From Marsupella aquatica (lineage: Eukaryota; Plantae; Marchantiophyta), in NCBI GenBank assembly GCA_973895155.1, contig OZ316895.1:22208558-22272557 (forward strand): a stretch of DNA of 64,000 bases, in the 5' to 3' direction. The notes under the pieces are model-generated. The model was given only the letters and a program-made list of their open reading frames with translations, was not told the DNA's origin and ran no database searches. A program made the position numbers and the translations under genes. Shown here piece after piece: positions 59,937 through 64,000 of the stretch; the first letter of the stretch is position 1, and each line of letters starts with the position of its first letter.

Positions 59937-62884
59937 ACAATTTGAAGCAAGTAGAATTTGCTGCTTACCCAAGTTGAAACGATGTGAATCGGAAGCCGCA
60001 ACCAGCAGAGCACATTAATATTTTATGGAGCACATGATCAGAATCTTAGTCATTCACTCATAGAGCTCAGCTTCTAGTTTGATAGTTTTAAATTGAGCAT
60101 ATGGTGTTCCTCTGTTCATATGATGGTTGGAGGACACATAGGTGCCGTCTGGTGGTTGGGAAAGTAGGGAGATAGGGTACAAGTTTGTTTGTACCTTTGC
60201 AACAATGGGGTGAACTCTTGCGTTGACAGCTGCAGCCTTTTCCTTGATTTATATTGTGCAGAGCGTCATTTCCACAAGCATGAATTGAACTGATGCCTTC
60301 AAAACTCTTCCCTTTTTGCCGACCTCGCTCAGCTTGGGCTTATCTTGTCAAATAATTGTGTGGAACTTTGTGTGGAGTATTTCAGAGATGAGAAAACAGA
60401 GAAGGACTGGAAGGTTTCAGATTTTGTTACCCGTTATATTCTATGTTGAGGAATTATCAACCTGGTCGAGGGCATAGGCCAGTTTCTCATTCTACACAGA
60501 CCGTGAAACCTGAGCACTTCAATTCAATCTTGGCAGTGTTATTTCTTGTACAACATTCATGATGAGAATTCTTTCACTCTATTGATGATAAAACAATACA
60601 ATTGTTATCCAATGAAGGTGCAATTTCAGCTAGCCTCCATCTCCTAATATAATACCTTATCCTGCCAAAAATGTTGGTCATCCATTTACAAAATCAGAAT
60701 AGTGGGATCCAATCCTAGCCTTTCACTAAAAAATCATAATTCTGGCACCATCAGATCTATTGTACTCCCTTCAATCTCAATTGCCTCTGCTCCAGCCCCC
60801 TTACCCAAACTTGCCTGAGATGAAAATAATAATTAAAAAATTTAATTAATAAAAAATTGATATTAATTGGAAATTTTGAAAAGAACGAAAAGAATATTCA
60901 GTTCTTTAAAAATTTGAAAATAATTTGGAAAAAAATGGAACAAAAGATATTCCCTCCTTTTCATGCGGTTGTGCTGGACTATGCAACATGGTGCTTCATT
61001 TCCTCACTTATATTTCCTTGCCTCTCCTTAACTTCTTTTCCTCTACTTGACATCCTTGACTCACCCGAACATATTTGCCTCATCTCAACATCTAAATTTT
61101 CCTTGACATAATATTTGTTTCACCTAGATATATTTGTCTCACCTGGACATCTTTACCTTGCCTCAACATGATCTGTGCATGCAATGCATGAGCATTGGGT
61201 TGTTCAGCCTGCCTGCACCTGCCCAAGATAAAAACATAATTAAAAAACCATTCAAAAGTTGGAACAAAAGAACTTGGAATTTTTTGAATTTGTTTTGAAA
61301 CTATTGATACTCTGAAAATTTAAAAACTTTGATTTTTTTTTATAAAATAATCCTGTCACTTTTTTTATAAATCCTGTCACTGGGGTTGTGCTGAGACCTG
61401 GCTAGACATCTTTTCCTCACATTGACATCTTTTCTCACCTCGATATTAATTTTATCTTTTTCTTAGCTTGACATCTTCATCTTGATCACCACCACATCTT
61501 TTGTTCACCCTCAACATCTTAGTTTCCTCTCCTTAATATATTTTCCTCATCCACATGCATCTTTTTCTCACCTCGCCATCTTTTCTCTCATTTCCATCTT
61601 ATTCTCGCCTCAACTTTTTTCCTCGCCTTGACATCTTTTTCTCACCTTGACGTCAAATAGATTGCCCTTGGGATATGAAACCAACTGATTGAAGAAGCAT
61701 CCAATGGTTCATTTGTTCATACTTAGGTTGGGTACCACTTGAGGATCCTAAAAAGGTTCAAGGATGTTTTTAGAGTTAGCCCAACTACTTTCTATGAGAG
61801 AGAGTTAGTCATGTAATTTGGGTAGTCTCCAATATTGAGTTGCAGGAATCGAGTAGACCAATTGCTTCCAATAGACCAGTTGCCAAAGGAAGCAATTCTT
61901 GATTGTGCACGGAAAGGCATGCATGTAATAGACCAAAGCTTTTGTAGGTCAGGACTCCAACTCAATTGAAATGCCCACTTCTGTACCGTTGCGTGCACCT
62001 AGGGGCCCATGTGTCTCCATAGGTGAGATGTACATGTCTCCACGAAGGGAGTACCATCATAGGAGTAACATTGCCAGACTGCTGTCAGGACGTCCAATGT
62101 ACTGCTTGGAAAGCTTTCCAGCTCCAAGGGTCCAAATATTAACTCTATGCAAGGGTATACCTGATGGTGGGGCAACGTTGTTTGTCTTGCATAGAAGACT
62201 GTATGCCACCTTGAAAGTTTTCCTGGGCCGGAGAGAAAGTGTCACAGAATTGTTGTCAGGGAGACATGACCTGATTCCTGGCCAACACTACTTCCACAAA
62301 GACTGAAATTTGTTGTTGAGGATTGGCATGTAACTCAAGAGTACTGACTAAGTTCCCAATCATCTTCCAGTAGGTAGGGGCGCAGGATGCTAGTCAGACA
62401 GTTTTTTAATGAGGATGTTAAGATGCCAAATTGTTGCCACTGAGCAGTGGCTGTGGACATTAACTGCCCTATATATTGGAGGTCTTAGATAGATCTCATC
62501 GTTCTAATCCTCTCATTTTTAATGGCACACTTTACATTACTGTACATTTGATGGAGCACATCGGCTCTCACATCCGCTGTCCGCTGTCCACCCGGGTACT
62601 GCTGTTAATATCTTTGGAAGTCCATCATACTGTCCAGGGAACCTTACAACATGAGTTCAAAAAGAGCCAACCTGCATTTAATAATACCAATCTCGCTCCC
62701 AAATCTATCATTGTGCATGGTGGCTATCAGGAGCTCAATTATGGTAACTACTAAGGACTTCCCAAGAGTAACTTAGCCCTTGGACTCTAGAGATGAATAA
62801 CATAAGCACAAATATTGAGACATGTGAAGTGCTCATTGTGTGGAATCATTTGTGCATTGTTGCACATCTTATTTATAAAAATGC

Positions 62885-63040
62885 CAAGCTAGAGTTCAGG
62901 TATAGGTTTCTAGTGAACTCAAGCCTCTAGATGGTAACTCTACGGCCAACCATGCAAATGGAAAGACTCATGCATATGATATATGTCAAATGATGATCAT
63001 GCATGCTTTTTGTCATAGTTTCAATTAACATTCAAAGAAC
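62885..63040 (+). repeat. Dispersed repeat, copy B
   Basis: Similar to 13422-13560. Confidence 0.7.
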
Positions 63041-64000
63041 GGGGTTCAGGCTGTCTGCATAATTGGGAAAAAGTTTACCAAAAGTTGAGAAATCATTCAT
63101 GTACTATTTGCTCATTTACCTTGGGGAGTGGTTTCCCAAAAAGTGTGAGGAATCATGGTGAACTGTTGCTCACATGTGTAAGTGCATGCATTGGGAAGTA
63201 ATTCACCAAATAGGGACTGGCTTTTGCTCTCTCAATCTGTTCACAAACCTTTACTGTTTATGCAAGGGACCATATAATTATTAAATAGGAACAATGCAAA
63301 CTCAAGTGGATTCAAGCCAATTGTGGGGAACCGAACCGATGCCTTCATTTATATTTTTATAATTTTAATTTATTTCGTGTGAACCCCACGGATGGGGGAG
63401 ACAAGCATGCCACAGGCAGGCATCAGTCAAAAGGCAGAAAGGGGGAGTGGTATGGGTTAGGGGAAAGAATTAGCCACTGAAACCTTGCCCCAGAACCGCT
63501 AGTACATAATTCGCTTCCAAAGGCCCACCAAAAGGGATCACGTACACTATTAGGAACAAATTCACTCAAAGAAAAACCAATCAAACTAGTGTGATCATTG
63601 TAGCCAGATCCTAGATCACGATACCTAAGGTACACCAGAAGCTATTCTCTATTTGATTCTAATTGCCTAACACCGCTACAGATGACCACCACTTGTTCAG
63701 CTTCCAATAATTCAATGGCACAGACCAAACCTAGGTGTTTTTGACTGGAATCAAAAACCGCTATTACAGCCTTCATGTGATCTAAAGTCTCAAATAATAT
63801 CACAATCAGATCAAATACTCTTTCCTAGTTTAGTCAAAGGTCTGTGCGTTACGGGCAAGACAAATGCTCCAAAGAATCTGATAGATTAAGTAAATTCACA
63901 AAGTAGTCAGTGGGTTCCTCCTTCTAGCAGACAACAGTATGTCAATCAAGCCCATGTCACGACCAACAATTAGTCCATTCAGACAACTCATAGCTTCTCT

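Noticed and set aside
60050-62760. Decayed coding-like TE sequence
   Set aside because: No identifiable motif or continuous frame.

Overview
Eukaryotic nuclear DNA, most likely from a non-seed land plant such as a liverwort (inferred from GT-AG introns, plant-specific gene families and AAACCCTA telo-boxes). I assembled spliced gene models by hand. They are a 3-TM small membrane protein (57-473), a Ser-rich protein of unknown function (18417-19394), a divergent CRS2-associated factor/CRM-domain gene (37294-39822), a 7-exon orphan gene with a plastid transit peptide (41005-44151) and a 4-exon coiled-coil gene (47246-48614). The mobile DNA includes a non-autonomous Mutator element with a 9-bp TSD (2595-3931) and a full PIF/Harbinger element with TIRs and a TTA TSD (10072-13404), whose transposase is dead but whose Myb/SANT-like ORF is intact. 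There is also an intact 3-exon MULE transposase (28052-30897) for which I could not find TIRs. Oddities include a tRNA-like Pol III cassette inside an inverted-repeat element, a 96-bp template-switch-type hairpin, orphan exons of a FYVE4-like gene and a USP gene, and many short tandem duplications. Family assignments come from recalled motifs, not database searches. I cannot demonstrate a wholly new system; the best leads are the Harbinger and MULE loci.
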